Shown one piece after another: positions 39,321 to 48,887 of a DNA stretch of 64,000 bases (its first letter is position 1; every line of letters begins with the position of its first letter). The position numbers were made by a program, and so were the translations under genes. Under the pieces are notes generated by a model. It made no database searches and was not told where the DNA came from. It saw only the letters and a list, made by a program, of their open reading frames with translations. This stretch comes from Thermodesulfobacteriota bacterium (GTDB taxonomy: Bacteria > Desulfobacterota_D > UBA1144 > Nemesobacterales > UBA2774): the NCBI GenBank assembly GCA_965216785.1, contig OZ244197.1, forward strand, positions 1,152,001 through 1,216,000, given 5' to 3'.

Positions 39321-40229
39321 ATGATGCTACAGACTCTCAAAATAGTACTTGTCATGTTCTTATGGTCGATATGCTTCCCTTTGATAACCATGGGTCTTGA
39401 GTTTGCGCCGCACCTAACTTTTGCGGCTATCCGAGCAATTATTGCTGGAGCGACTTTACTTGTAATAGCTTTGATTCTGGGCCGCACATTACCAAAGAGC
39501 TGGAAAACCTGGGTTATTCTAACGTTGGTCGGTCTGGGCGCAACGACGCTTGGTTTTTTCGGTATGTTTCACGCTTCTGAATTTGTTTCCCCGGGTATTG
39601 CAACTGTCGTCTCAAATGCACAGCCATTGATGGCAAGTCTGCTAGCGCTTTTCATTCTAGGAGAGTATCTAGATACACGCGGCAAGTGGGGTATGCTGCT
39701 CGGATTTTCAGGAATAGTACTAATTGCGATACCGGGTTTATTGTCTACATCCGGTAACGCTTATCTTGCAGGAATCGGCTATATCCTATTGTCGGCATCC
39801 GGGATTACCATCAGTAATGTATTAATCCGATACATCGCTTCAAAGATTGATGCCCTAACCGCCATGGGCTTGCAACTCTTTCTTGGGGGCTTGTTTCTTG
39901 CATTGATCGCAATCGTAACGGAGGATACATCGACCGTAGAATGGTCTCCCGCGTTCCTGTTCAGTTTGCTTGGCTTAAGCTTGCCTGGTACGGCATTGGC
40001 CTATTGGCTGTGGTGCCATGTCCTAAAAAAAACAGAACTAAATCACGCGAACGTCTACAGTTTTCTAGTCCCGATTTTTGGATTGATAATTGGGATGTTG
40101 TTTTATGAAGAAACCTACGGTCTTTTGATTTTAGCGGGTATCGGTTTGATATTAATAGGCATAATTTTGGTCAACTGGCCTCAAAAAAACTGGGCTTGGG
40201 TCACACAACTATTTTCTAGTGGGAAATAA
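39321..40229 (+). CDS. DMT/EamA-family transporter
   Basis: About 10 hydrophobic segments in two repeats. 302 aa. Confidence 0.9.
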   Translation: MMLQTLKIVLVMFLWSICFPLITMGLEFAPHLTFAAIRAIIAGATLLVIALILGRTLPKSWKTWVILTLVGLGATTLGFFGMFHASEFVSPGIATVVSNAQPLMASLLALFILGEYLDTRGKWGMLLGFSGIVLIAIPGLLSTSGNAYLAGIGYILLSASGITISNVLIRYIASKIDALTAMGLQLFLGGLFLALIAIVTEDTSTVEWSPAFLFSLLGLSLPGTALAYWLWCHVLKKTELNHANVYSFLVPIFGLIIGMLFYEETYGLLILAGIGLILIGIILVNWPQKNWAWVTQLFSSGK

Positions 40230-40300
40230 TTTATTGAACATGAATAAGATCGTTATAACTGCAATAATGGGCATACATTACCTAACCTAATGGTGTAAAT

Positions 40301-40936
40301 ATGACGGAAAGTAAAATCTTAGTTATCGGAGGGTACGGGGCAGTTGGGCAGACCATCTGCACTGTTCTTGGGAACAATTTCCCTGGAAAAGTTATAGCCG
40401 CGGGTAGAAATTATAAAAAAGCTAGTGAATTCTCACGGAATACTGGTAAAAAGGTACTAGCTATGGAATTGGATATAAATAAAGCTCAAAATCTTAAGCT
40501 CCCTGAGGATGTAAGTCTAATAGTCATGTGTATAGAACAAACGAATACAGAGTTCGTTGAAAAATGCATACGTGAAGGTATTCACTACGTCGATATATCT
40601 GCCACATATGAATTCCTTTCAAAGCTTGAACTACTTGATAATGAGGCTAAAAAACATAATTCCACGGCTGTACTGAGTGTTGGATTAACACCGGGTGTGA
40701 CAAACTTGTTAGCTAAATACCTTAAGTCAAAGCTAGGTGATATACATAGGATAGATTCCTACATAATGCTAGGTTTAGGTGAAGCTCATGTGGAGGCTTC
40801 TATTCGCTGGGTTCTGGAAAATATAAATAAAGAGTTTTCAATAAAGCAATCTGATGGGTCCAAACTCGTCAGGAGTGTTGATATAGGCAAGACTCCGTTA
40901 AAAGCTGCTTCATTATTTGGGAGTATATCAGGTTGA
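40301..40936 (+). pseudogene. Saccharopine-dehydrogenase-like oxidoreductase, probably 3'-truncated
   Basis: GGYGAVG Rossmann motif, HYVDIS, SVGLTPGVTNLLA. It ends at 211 aa, short for this family, and runs into an unrelated gene. Confidence 0.65.
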
Positions 40937-40949
40937 ATATGAGGTGAAT

Positions 40950-41762
40950 ATGATAGGAAAAATAATTCGCAAATCTAAATCAACCTTAAAAAGATATATT
41001 ATTCTATCAAAGTATAAATATTTTATCGAATGGTATATCAATCACTATGGCATAAGACTAGCATTAATAATATATATACAGTTGCTTTTGAAATCAGTCT
41101 TCACACAACAATTAACTATAAAAGCAAAAATTCCAGATTCAAATATCTATATATCATTAAGACCGTTACTGCCCGATCTCAACACTTTTGACGAAATATT
41201 CATGGATCACAATTATGATTTTGATTGTGAAAGCGCTGAATACATAATAGATGCTGGTGCGCACATAGGTCTTGCCGCGGTTTTCTTTGCCTGCAAATAC
41301 CCGGAAGCTAAAATATTGTCAATTGAGCCTGAGGATTCAAATTATGAAATTCTTGTGTCTAACACTAAACATTTTCCCAATATAAAAACAATCAAGGCAG
41401 CGTTATGGAGTCATCGGACACTTGTTAATATTGCGAATCCAAAAGCCGCATCATGGGCATTTCAGGTGACCGAAGTAGCTGATAACAATGAAACAATAGC
41501 AATTAATGTTGAGGACGCTATGTTCGAACTGGACACTGACTATATCGATATATTAAAAATGGACATAGAAGGATCTGAAAAAGAAGTATTTCAAGGTTGC
41601 AGCTCATGGATAGATAGAGTGAAATTTATAATCCTTGAATTGCACGACAGATATTGCCCGGGATGTACACAGGCTATGGAGAATGCAATAAAAGGTCGTA
41701 ATTTCCTGAGACAAATACATGGTGAGAATACATTGTTAACACAGCAAAACCATAACCTTTAA
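40950..41762 (+). CDS. FkbM-family methyltransferase
   Basis: IIDAGAHIG, SIEP...NY, IDILKMDIEGSE, ELHD. Confidence 0.92.
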   Translation: MIGKIIRKSKSTLKRYIILSKYKYFIEWYINHYGIRLALIIYIQLLLKSVFTQQLTIKAKIPDSNIYISLRPLLPDLNTFDEIFMDHNYDFDCESAEYIIDAGAHIGLAAVFFACKYPEAKILSIEPEDSNYEILVSNTKHFPNIKTIKAALWSHRTLVNIANPKAASWAFQVTEVADNNETIAINVEDAMFELDTDYIDILKMDIEGSEKEVFQGCSSWIDRVKFIILELHDRYCPGCTQAMENAIKGRNFLRQIHGENTLLTQQNHNL

Positions 41763-41840
41763 ACGATGCTCAAGAATGAATTTAAGAGGTCTGGTTCAAT
41801 ACTAAACGGGCTGCAAGAAAGGAGTATTATAGTATTAATA

Positions 41841-41881
41841 ATTCCAACTTAAACCGGGCTTGACAAAAGGGGAGCAGTACA
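41841..41881 (+). mobile_element. Orphan IS3-family-like right end, copy A
   Basis: attccaacttaaaccgggcttgacaaaaggggagcagtaCA, 39/41 identical to 61354-61394. Confidence 0.65.
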
Positions 41882-41970
41882 GTCAGAGTAACTAATATTC
41901 TTCAACCAATTTATACATTTTCCACTATCTGCAATATCAATTACAAATAGCTCGTACTTTCATACAATAT

Positions 41971-43851
41971 TTACCTCGAAGTTGTTTTAAGCCAAAGCAC
42001 CCCATAAGGTTCCATATCGATAGAAAGCTTTCCTTTCTCTGATGAAAAGGATTTTTCTGATAATACATCTTTCCAGTGATCGGATATCAGTTCATATTCT
42101 CTGGTATTAAATTCAAACCTCTGACCATGTTCTGTAATATTTGTTATAGCTAAGATTTGCTCTTTTCCATCCACAGATGTCCTAAGTATAGAAAATAGAG
42201 AGTTGTATATATCAAGAACCTTTTGAGACGCATTAGGATTAAACGCTTTTTCCTGTGTGCGTTTCTTAATAATTGGGCCTAAAAATTTATTTATTCTATA
42301 GGTAGTTGTCTCCTCATTTTCTAATGCTTTATTACATGCTTCTTTACAAATCGTCTTCCTATTGATTATTCTTGGGTTTTTACCTTCCATCACTGATTTT
42401 ACATCATTTTTTGATCCAAATAGACTTAGAAGGTAGATACCCGGGACACCCATTAGAACCAACGCTATCGATCTGGAAGCAATAAATCTTTTTATCTGTA
42501 AATCGACTTGTTCATCACTGTCTTCTCGGTTAAGAGCACTATACCATGTAATATTTAATTCATATGGACTAACTGTTCCATCGCCATTGTCTTTGTAAGA
42601 AATGAGTCCACCGTGTTCCACTGCTTTTTTCTCTAACAGTTGGATTTCTTCTTCAGTTAGTATATTAACAGCTCCCTGTATGCTTACTCCGTCATGGGAG
42701 TCAAGAAAATTAAAATAGGTGGCAGTATCAGACACTCTTTCAAGTGATTGCGCCCATTTCGTAAGCTTTGAAGAGTTTCCTGTGTAAAATGCATAAAGAA
42801 CAATTGGCGGGAGTGCAAAATTATAAACCATTTGGGCTTCATCGCGACCGTTCCCAAAATACTTTATATTCTCCTCATGTGGAACGTTCGTTTCGGTTAC
42901 AATCGCTGCTTGTGGAGCGACTGCATCAAGCACGTCACGAAATAGCTTCACAATCATATGTGTCTGCTTTAAGTTAGCCGAGGAAGTTCCTAACTCATTC
43001 CACAGGTAGGTGACTGCGTCGAGCCTTATTATATCCGCTCCCATTCTCACATAAAATAGAAGTATTTCAATAATTTTGATGAGAACCTTCGGATTTTTGT
43101 AGTTAAGATCAATTTGATCGGAGCTGAAAGTAGTCCATACATATCTTTCTCCTTGAATAGTACCGAACTTCGTCAATAAATCCGAAGTACGAGGTCTTAC
43201 TACTGACTTCAAAGCATTTTCTGGAATGTCTTCTTTTGAAGGAAATGATTCAAAAAAATCTTTGTAATCAGGGTTCTGATTTAGGAATTCTTCAAACCAA
43301 GCACTTTTAGACGAGATATGGTTAAATACTCCATCAAACATAAGACGGTACTCAGTCTTTAAATTCGCAATATCCTCCCACGTTCCAAGGTTTGGATCAA
43401 CTTGTTTAAAATCTATTACAGAAAAACCGCGATCCGAGGAATACGGGAAGAATGGAAGTATGTGTAAAGTATTAATTGTGCCTTTTATATATTTGCTACT
43501 AAAATCTCTCAGACTCTGGAGAGGTGACTCCTCATCACCGCAAATAAGGTCACCATATGTTATTAATATTATATCTTTTTCTGTAAATCTACTTGAGGGA
43601 TCAATGGTCTTCTCAATATCTATCAATTCTTGAGATTTATAAGAATAATAAACCTTCATTATTCTACTTATTTCATTAAACCACCTTTCGGCAACTTCTT
43701 CTCCATATAGAAGAACAAGCTTTTCAATAATTCTTTTCTCCAATTCATCGGGGATTGTATAGGGCAATCTGCTATAATCAGGTTCCATGAGGTGAAACAT
43801 AGAATGTTCTATCTTTTGTGAAGGTTTTAAATCTTTTTTACAGGTATCCAT
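41971..43851 (-). CDS. GH13_18 sugar phosphorylase (sucrose/glucosylglycerate phosphorylase family)
   Basis: LITYGD, HILPFFPYSSDRGF, WTTFS.DQIDLN, RLDAV, ETN, FLDSHDG, YELN. Confidence 0.92.
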   Translation of the reverse strand: MDTCKKDLKPSQKIEHSMFHLMEPDYSRLPYTIPDELEKRIIEKLVLLYGEEVAERWFNEISRIMKVYYSYKSQELIDIEKTIDPSSRFTEKDIILITYGDLICGDEESPLQSLRDFSSKYIKGTINTLHILPFFPYSSDRGFSVIDFKQVDPNLGTWEDIANLKTEYRLMFDGVFNHISSKSAWFEEFLNQNPDYKDFFESFPSKEDIPENALKSVVRPRTSDLLTKFGTIQGERYVWTTFSSDQIDLNYKNPKVLIKIIEILLFYVRMGADIIRLDAVTYLWNELGTSSANLKQTHMIVKLFRDVLDAVAPQAAIVTETNVPHEENIKYFGNGRDEAQMVYNFALPPIVLYAFYTGNSSKLTKWAQSLERVSDTATYFNFLDSHDGVSIQGAVNILTEEEIQLLEKKAVEHGGLISYKDNGDGTVSPYELNITWYSALNREDSDEQVDLQIKRFIASRSIALVLMGVPGIYLLSLFGSKNDVKSVMEGKNPRIINRKTICKEACNKALENEETTTYRINKFLGPIIKKRTQEKAFNPNASQKVLDIYNSLFSILRTSVDGKEQILAITNITEHGQRFEFNTREYELISDHWKDVLSEKSFSSEKGKLSIDMEPYGVLWLKTTSR

Positions 43852-43987
43852 GATATATATAGATTATATGAATATATAGAATTAACTGATGCCTACTATT
43901 TTAACATGATACCAACAAAGGAACGACAAACTCAGGAAAATATCTTTATCAAACAAACACTTCAACCCACTTGATTAAGTTTTTCTC

Positions 43988-44019
43988 TTGACCTTTAACC
44001 CTACTCTCGGTGATAGAAT
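43988..44019 (+). promoter_or_regulatory. Long-spacer (20 bp) sigma70 promoter, MerR-type geometry
   Basis: TTGACC-N20-TAGAAT. The context resembles the promoter at 46553 but has no clear dyad. Confidence 0.4.
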
Positions 44020-44072
44020 AAAATATTGAACAGAAAAATGAGATTGTTTTATTCTACTATTGAGCTATATAC

Positions 44073-44086
44073 TATACCTAGGTATA
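44073..44086. promoter_or_regulatory. Putative RcnR/CsoR-family operator
   Basis: Perfect palindrome TATACCTAGGTATA about 40 bp upstream of the repressor gene. Confidence 0.6.
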
Positions 44087-44126
44087 TTATTGTATTATTG
44101 TTTAATATTAATATGGAGAAGAGTTA

Positions 44127-44405
44127 ATGGCTCATACAATCAGGGACAAAAAGAAGCTTATTAACCGTGTGAAGAGAATTCGCGGTCAAATCGAAGGCAT
44201 AGAAAAGTCTCTCGAAGATGAAAAAGATTGCTCATTGATTCTTCAGACTATTGCAGCATGTCGTGGTGCAATAAATGGCCTAATGGCTGAGGTTTTAGAG
44301 GGTCACATTCGTTTCCATGTTGTTGATCCAGATGTGAACCCAACTTCGGAACAGTCTAAGGCTTCCCAGGAAGTAATTGATTTAGTTAAAACGTACTTAA
44401 AATAG
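44127..44405 (+). CDS. RcnR/CsoR/FrmR-family metal-sensing repressor
   Basis: MAHT..DKKKL..RVKRIRGQ, C..ILQ.IAACRGA, EGH.RFH. The His3/Cys/His-His pattern is RcnR-like. Confidence 0.92.
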   Translation: MAHTIRDKKKLINRVKRIRGQIEGIEKSLEDEKDCSLILQTIAACRGAINGLMAEVLEGHIRFHVVDPDVNPTSEQSKASQEVIDLVKTYLK

Positions 44406-44432
44406 TCCAACGATATAGATAGAGGATACTTA

Positions 44433-46400
44433 GTGCATCAAAAACCTGCCAAAACGCCTACTCCCGGAACTACGCCTGAGCCTTCAAAAAACTTGAAAGC
44501 TTTCCCGGCTTCGAACAAAGAAAACAGCGGCAAAGTCGACACATTCAACCATAATTACGAAAGACATATCCATATTGAATGGATCGATTTAACCCGAATA
44601 ATCTTTGTCGCACTTGCTATAATTACTAGCTGGTCCGGCATTTGGAGGAACTTTGCACCCTTTGATGTGATTAGCATAGCAGCTGCGCTAATAGGTGGTT
44701 ATCCAATCCTCAAAGAAGCATTAACTGCACTTATCTCCCGTCGAATGACGATGGAACTTTCTATGACCATCGCCGTCATAGCAGCTCTGGCAATTGGTGA
44801 GTTCCTTACATCCTTGGTAATTATACTATTTGTTCTGATAGCCGAAGTTCTAGAGGACCTCACGGTCAGAAGGGGTAGGCACACTATAAAAGAACTACTC
44901 GATCTCTTACCACAAAACGCTACTGTCCGTAAAGAAGGAGCGACTAAAGAGGTCAATTCGTCAGAATTGCAAATTAATGATCATGTAATCGTCAAGCCTG
45001 GTGCTCGAATTCCGGTAGACGGCGAAGTTATACGCGGGAATTCCTTTGTTGACCAATCCACAATCACCGGGGAATCAATGCCTGTTGAAAAGATTGTGGG
45101 TTCACAAGTCTACGCCGGAACTATCAATCAGTCGGGTATGATAGAAGTCCGCACAGTCAAATTGGGTCATGATACTGCATTTGGAAAGATCATCGAAATA
45201 GTTGAGCAGGCTGAAAAGTACCGCGCGCCTATTCAAAAAACTGCTGACCGGCTTGCGGGATACCTTGTGTATTTTGCCATTGCTTGTGCTGCCCTGACTT
45301 ACTTAATTACCCGTGATATGCGCTCTACCATCTCAGTTATCATTGTAGCGGGAGCATGTGGAATCGCAGCTGGAACTCCTCTTGCGATACTGGGTGCAAT
45401 TGGCAGGGCCGCTCGTAACGGAGCAATTGTCAAGGGGGGACTCTACATGGAAATCCTGAGTAAAATAGATACGGTTTTATTAGACAAAACGGGCACATTA
45501 ACATTCGGAGCACCAAAAGTTGTCGATGTGAGACCGAGTCTTGGAATATCACCTGAGGATGTAATAGAAGCGGCCGCCATTGCTGAAAAGCCATCGGAAC
45601 ATCCACTAGGACAAGCTATATTAGTGAAGGCATCCAAAATGTCTCTTACTACTGCAGAGCCAAAACAGTTCGAGTACATTCCGGGGAAGGGTATCATCTG
45701 TACGGTAGAGGATGAGGACATTATTGTTGGAAATAGAATTCTTTTTGCAGATCAGAATATGCGTGTAAGTGAATTTACGGATAGCTTTAATCATCTATCA
45801 GAAGTTCTTGTTGCACGTAACGGGAGATTCTTGGGTGTTATTTCTATCGCAGATGTCTTGCGTCCAGAAGCTGTAGAAGCAATAAATGCAATTCGGGAAA
45901 TGGGAATTCGAACTATGTTATTAACTGGGGACTCATCTGCCATTGCAAATGTAATTGGGAAAGAACTTGGTGTCGATGAGGTGTATGCCGAACTTCTTCC
46001 GGATCAAAAGCTTAAAAAGGTACGTGCACTGATGAACGATGGGAAAAAGGTCGTGATGATAGGTGATGGTATCAATGACGCCCCGGCTCTAATGCAATCG
46101 AACGTGGGGGTTGCAATGGGTTCAGGAACAGACGTAGCACGAGAAAGCGCAAGTATTGTTCTAATTGGTAATGACCTTCTTAAATTTGTCGAGGTTTTAC
46201 GAATTTCTCGATGGTGTCGTCGTATTATCATGACAAATTTCACAGGGACTTTGATAGTGGATGGTATTGGAGTAGGACTTGCTGCTTTTGGATTGCTAAA
46301 TCCAATGCTCGCAGCTTTCATCCATGTTTTTTCCGAATTAGCATTTATCTTAAACTCGGCTAGGCTGTTCCCCGCCATATCGAAGAATAATTCTGACTAG
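44433..46400 (+). CDS. Heavy-metal P1B-type ATPase with an atypical ACG motif
   Basis: TGES, DKTGT, SEHP, GDGIND. TM4 reads VAGACGIAAGTP and TM6 reads HVFSE. Confidence 0.92.
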   Translation: MHQKPAKTPTPGTTPEPSKNLKAFPASNKENSGKVDTFNHNYERHIHIEWIDLTRIIFVALAIITSWSGIWRNFAPFDVISIAAALIGGYPILKEALTALISRRMTMELSMTIAVIAALAIGEFLTSLVIILFVLIAEVLEDLTVRRGRHTIKELLDLLPQNATVRKEGATKEVNSSELQINDHVIVKPGARIPVDGEVIRGNSFVDQSTITGESMPVEKIVGSQVYAGTINQSGMIEVRTVKLGHDTAFGKIIEIVEQAEKYRAPIQKTADRLAGYLVYFAIACAALTYLITRDMRSTISVIIVAGACGIAAGTPLAILGAIGRAARNGAIVKGGLYMEILSKIDTVLLDKTGTLTFGAPKVVDVRPSLGISPEDVIEAAAIAEKPSEHPLGQAILVKASKMSLTTAEPKQFEYIPGKGIICTVEDEDIIVGNRILFADQNMRVSEFTDSFNHLSEVLVARNGRFLGVISIADVLRPEAVEAINAIREMGIRTMLLTGDSSAIANVIGKELGVDEVYAELLPDQKLKKVRALMNDGKKVVMIGDGINDAPALMQSNVGVAMGSGTDVARESASIVLIGNDLLKFVEVLRISRWCRRIIMTNFTGTLIVDGIGVGLAAFGLLNPMLAAFIHVFSELAFILNSARLFPAISKNNSD

Positions 46401-46552
46401 TAGCAAATCACATACTTTAGTAAAAAAGCATGTTTGATTAGTTGCTTTAATATTAAGGATAAAACACATCAAATGTGGTTGTCTATCAGCAAGACTCAAA
46501 GTTAATCTAATTAGAGAGAAAAAGTTGAGAAAAATCTAATTTATTTTTTCTA

Positions 46553-46584
46553 TTGACCTTCCACCTTACTGGAAAGAGTAAAAT
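46553..46584 (+). promoter_or_regulatory. MerR-type promoter/operator
   Basis: TTGACC-N20-TAAAAT with the dyad TTCCA-ccttac-TGGAA in the spacer. Confidence 0.7.
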
Positions 46585-46624
46585 ACATTATAGAACATAA
46601 CTAAACAGTAAGGAGGTGATAAAA

Positions 46625-46798
46625 ATGCAGGCAAATAAGACTATTACTCTTTGCCCCGAGTGCGGGGCTTGTCCCGAAATTGTATTCATCGATAATGAAG
46701 TAAGAATAGGAGAGGAAGGAAATCTGGTCAAGCTCAAGCTCGATGAATGGAATATGATTGTAGAAAAGATTCAAAGTGGTGAGATTGGGAAGCTTTGA
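46625..46798 (+). CDS. Small CxxCxxC protein
   Basis: RBS AAGGAGGT, LCPECGACPEI. First gene behind a MerR-type promoter. Confidence 0.75.
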   Translation: MQANKTITLCPECGACPEIVFIDNEVRIGEEGNLVKLKLDEWNMIVEKIQSGEIGKL

Positions 46799-46867
46799 GT
46801 CAGATTTTATGGGAAGGTGGTATCTATTCTTCCTTCCCATATTTATAATATATCAGGGGGTATAGAT

Positions 46868-47299
46868 ATGGAAGACAACAAGCTCTCTATCGGGGAATTA
46901 GCCAAACAATTGAGTATTAGCCCTAAAACAATCCGCTATTATGAAGATATTAAGCTCTTGCCCAGACCGGACCGCGGAAGTAACAACTACAGGGTTTATT
47001 CAGAAGACACCTTAAATAGACTTCATTTTATTAAAAAAGCCAAAAGCCTGGGCTTTACATTAAAAGAAATAAAAAAAGTTCTGAGCATAAGTGATAGAGG
47101 TAATGATCCTTGCGAGCATATAGGTGAATTATTAAAACTCAGAATAGTTGCTCTTGAAATGAAATTAAAGGAGCTAAAAGAACTCCGGACAAAGCTTATG
47201 AAACTTGAAAAGGAGTGGTCGGGGATGCAAATACCCGAACAATGCAATACAGATGATTTAATCTGTCCCAAAATCGAGAAATTTTTCAAGGAAACTTGA
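46868..47299 (+). CDS. MerR-family heavy-metal-responsive regulator
   Basis: SIGELAK...TIRYYE...NNYR.Y, FIKKAK.LGFTL.EI, and three Cys (PC...C....CP). Confidence 0.92.
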   Translation: MEDNKLSIGELAKQLSISPKTIRYYEDIKLLPRPDRGSNNYRVYSEDTLNRLHFIKKAKSLGFTLKEIKKVLSISDRGNDPCEHIGELLKLRIVALEMKLKELKELRTKLMKLEKEWSGMQIPEQCNTDDLICPKIEKFFKET

Positions 47300-47359
47300 C
47301 CTACATACAATCCAAGACTTTACCTTACTTAGTGGATATATAAGTTAATCAAAAAAGAC

Positions 47360-47391
47360 TTGACTATGTACCTAGGTACATAGTTTAAACT
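47360..47391 (+). promoter_or_regulatory. mer operator/promoter
   Basis: TTGACT-N20-TAAACT overlapped by the perfect 22-bp palindrome ACTATGTACCTAGGTACATAGT. Confidence 0.85.
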
Positions 47392-47409
47392 GTATTATGA
47401 GGTGTAAAA

Positions 47410-47811
47410 ATGGAAAGTATAACAATTGGTATATTGGCAAAGAAGTCGAATGTGAAGAAAGAAACTGTGCGTTATTATGAACGCCGCGGTTTGATACCCG
47501 AACCTATGCGTACTGAGTCTGGATATCGACAATATTCACAGGACACAGTTTCACGTATTAAGTTTATTAAGCGTGCCCAGGTGTTAGGTTTTTCTCTTAG
47601 GGAAATTGAAGAGCTTTTATCACTCAGAGTTGATAAGAATACTACCTGCGGTGATTTTAAAAACATAGCAGAAATCAAAATTTCAGAGATAGAAGTTAAA
47701 ATCCGTTCGCTAAATGAGATTAAGAGGGGTCTAACCAAGTTAGTCGCTTTATGTAGTGGGGAAGGTCCCACAAGTGAATGTCCTATAGTGGATGCACTGG
47801 ATACTGATTAG
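47410..47811 (+). CDS. merR: Hg(II)-responsive MerR-type regulator
   Basis: ETVRYYERRGLI, FIKRAQ.LGFSL.EI, three Cys (TC...LC...CP). Heads the mer cluster. Confidence 0.85.
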   Translation: MESITIGILAKKSNVKKETVRYYERRGLIPEPMRTESGYRQYSQDTVSRIKFIKRAQVLGFSLREIEELLSLRVDKNTTCGDFKNIAEIKISEIEVKIRSLNEIKRGLTKLVALCSGEGPTSECPIVDALDTD

Positions 47812-47844
47812 AAAACTAGTCACAGTGAGTTAGAAGGAATAGAT

Positions 47845-48201
47845 ATGATGAATAAAGTCGAGAAAATAAGAGTCTTTTCATATTTAGGGTCAGTAATCTC
47901 GGCAGTCCTAGCATCCATATGTTGTATAGGTCCGCTTGTGTTTGTTTTCCTTGGATTAAGCGGGGCGGCGTTCTTTGCGAATTTTGAGGCTTACAGGTGG
48001 GTTTTTGGAGTAATTGCCTTAGGATTCTTGGCACTTGGTTTCTTTTTTACTTACAGGAAGAACAAAGAATGCGCACCAGAATCAAGTTGCGCTGTAAATC
48101 CAAGTAGAAGAAAGCTGAACAAAATCCTTCTATGGGTATCGACTGTTTTAGTAGTAGTATTCATTTTTTCTCCGAATATTATCGGTTTCTTTATAACTTA
48201 G
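47845..48201 (+). CDS. merT: Mercuric ion transporter MerT
   Basis: ASICCIGPL and cytoplasmic C....C, three TM helices. Confidence 0.9.
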   Translation: MMNKVEKIRVFSYLGSVISAVLASICCIGPLVFVFLGLSGAAFFANFEAYRWVFGVIALGFLALGFFFTYRKNKECAPESSCAVNPSRRKLNKILLWVSTVLVVVFIFSPNIIGFFIT

Positions 48202-48219
48202 CGATTAGAGAAACAATTA

Positions 48220-48864
48220 ATGGAAAAGTCTAAAATAGAGATGATAAATATTATAAGTTCGTTCCCGGCAGAATTACTTAACCTAAGCATAGATGAACAA
48301 AAGATTTCTATAGAGCTATATAAGCTTTTAGCAGCTGGAAAACCCGTGTCGATTAAGGTGCTTGCAGAGAGTCTCGGTTTATCAACTGAAGTTGTAGATA
48401 ATGTTTTGAATAAGTGGCTAGGTGTGTACTTTGATGACGATGATCATATAATAGGTTATTGGGGACTCACATTGACTCCTACTCCCCATAGCCTTCTAAT
48501 CGATTCTCAAAAACTATACACATGGTGCGCCTGGGATAGTTTATTTGTCCCGGAAATCCTTGGAACAACTGCTTTTGTCGAATCTGAATGCCCTATTACA
48601 GGAGAAAAGATAAGTTTTACTGTGACGAAAGATGAGGTTAAGAGTATTAATCCGATTGGTGCAGTTATGTCTCTTATAACACCTGAGGAATCTAAGTTAA
48701 GAGAAAACGTGCTCCTTAATTTTTGTCATTATGTACATTTTTTCAATTCTACTGAAACTGCTACTAGTTGGACCTCAGAAAGACCTGAAACATTTATCAT
48801 TTCAATTGAAGAGGCTTATTATCTTGGAAAAAAGAAAAACGAAATTCAGTATAGACAGGCTTAA
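48220..48864 (+). CDS. merB: Organomercurial lyase
   Basis: YTWCAWD, S.CP.TG, FCHYVHFF. Confidence 0.92.
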   Translation: MEKSKIEMINIISSFPAELLNLSIDEQKISIELYKLLAAGKPVSIKVLAESLGLSTEVVDNVLNKWLGVYFDDDDHIIGYWGLTLTPTPHSLLIDSQKLYTWCAWDSLFVPEILGTTAFVESECPITGEKISFTVTKDEVKSINPIGAVMSLITPEESKLRENVLLNFCHYVHFFNSTETATSWTSERPETFIISIEEAYYLGKKKNEIQYRQA

Positions 48865-48887
48865 TAGGCTTATGGGAATTTAAAATT

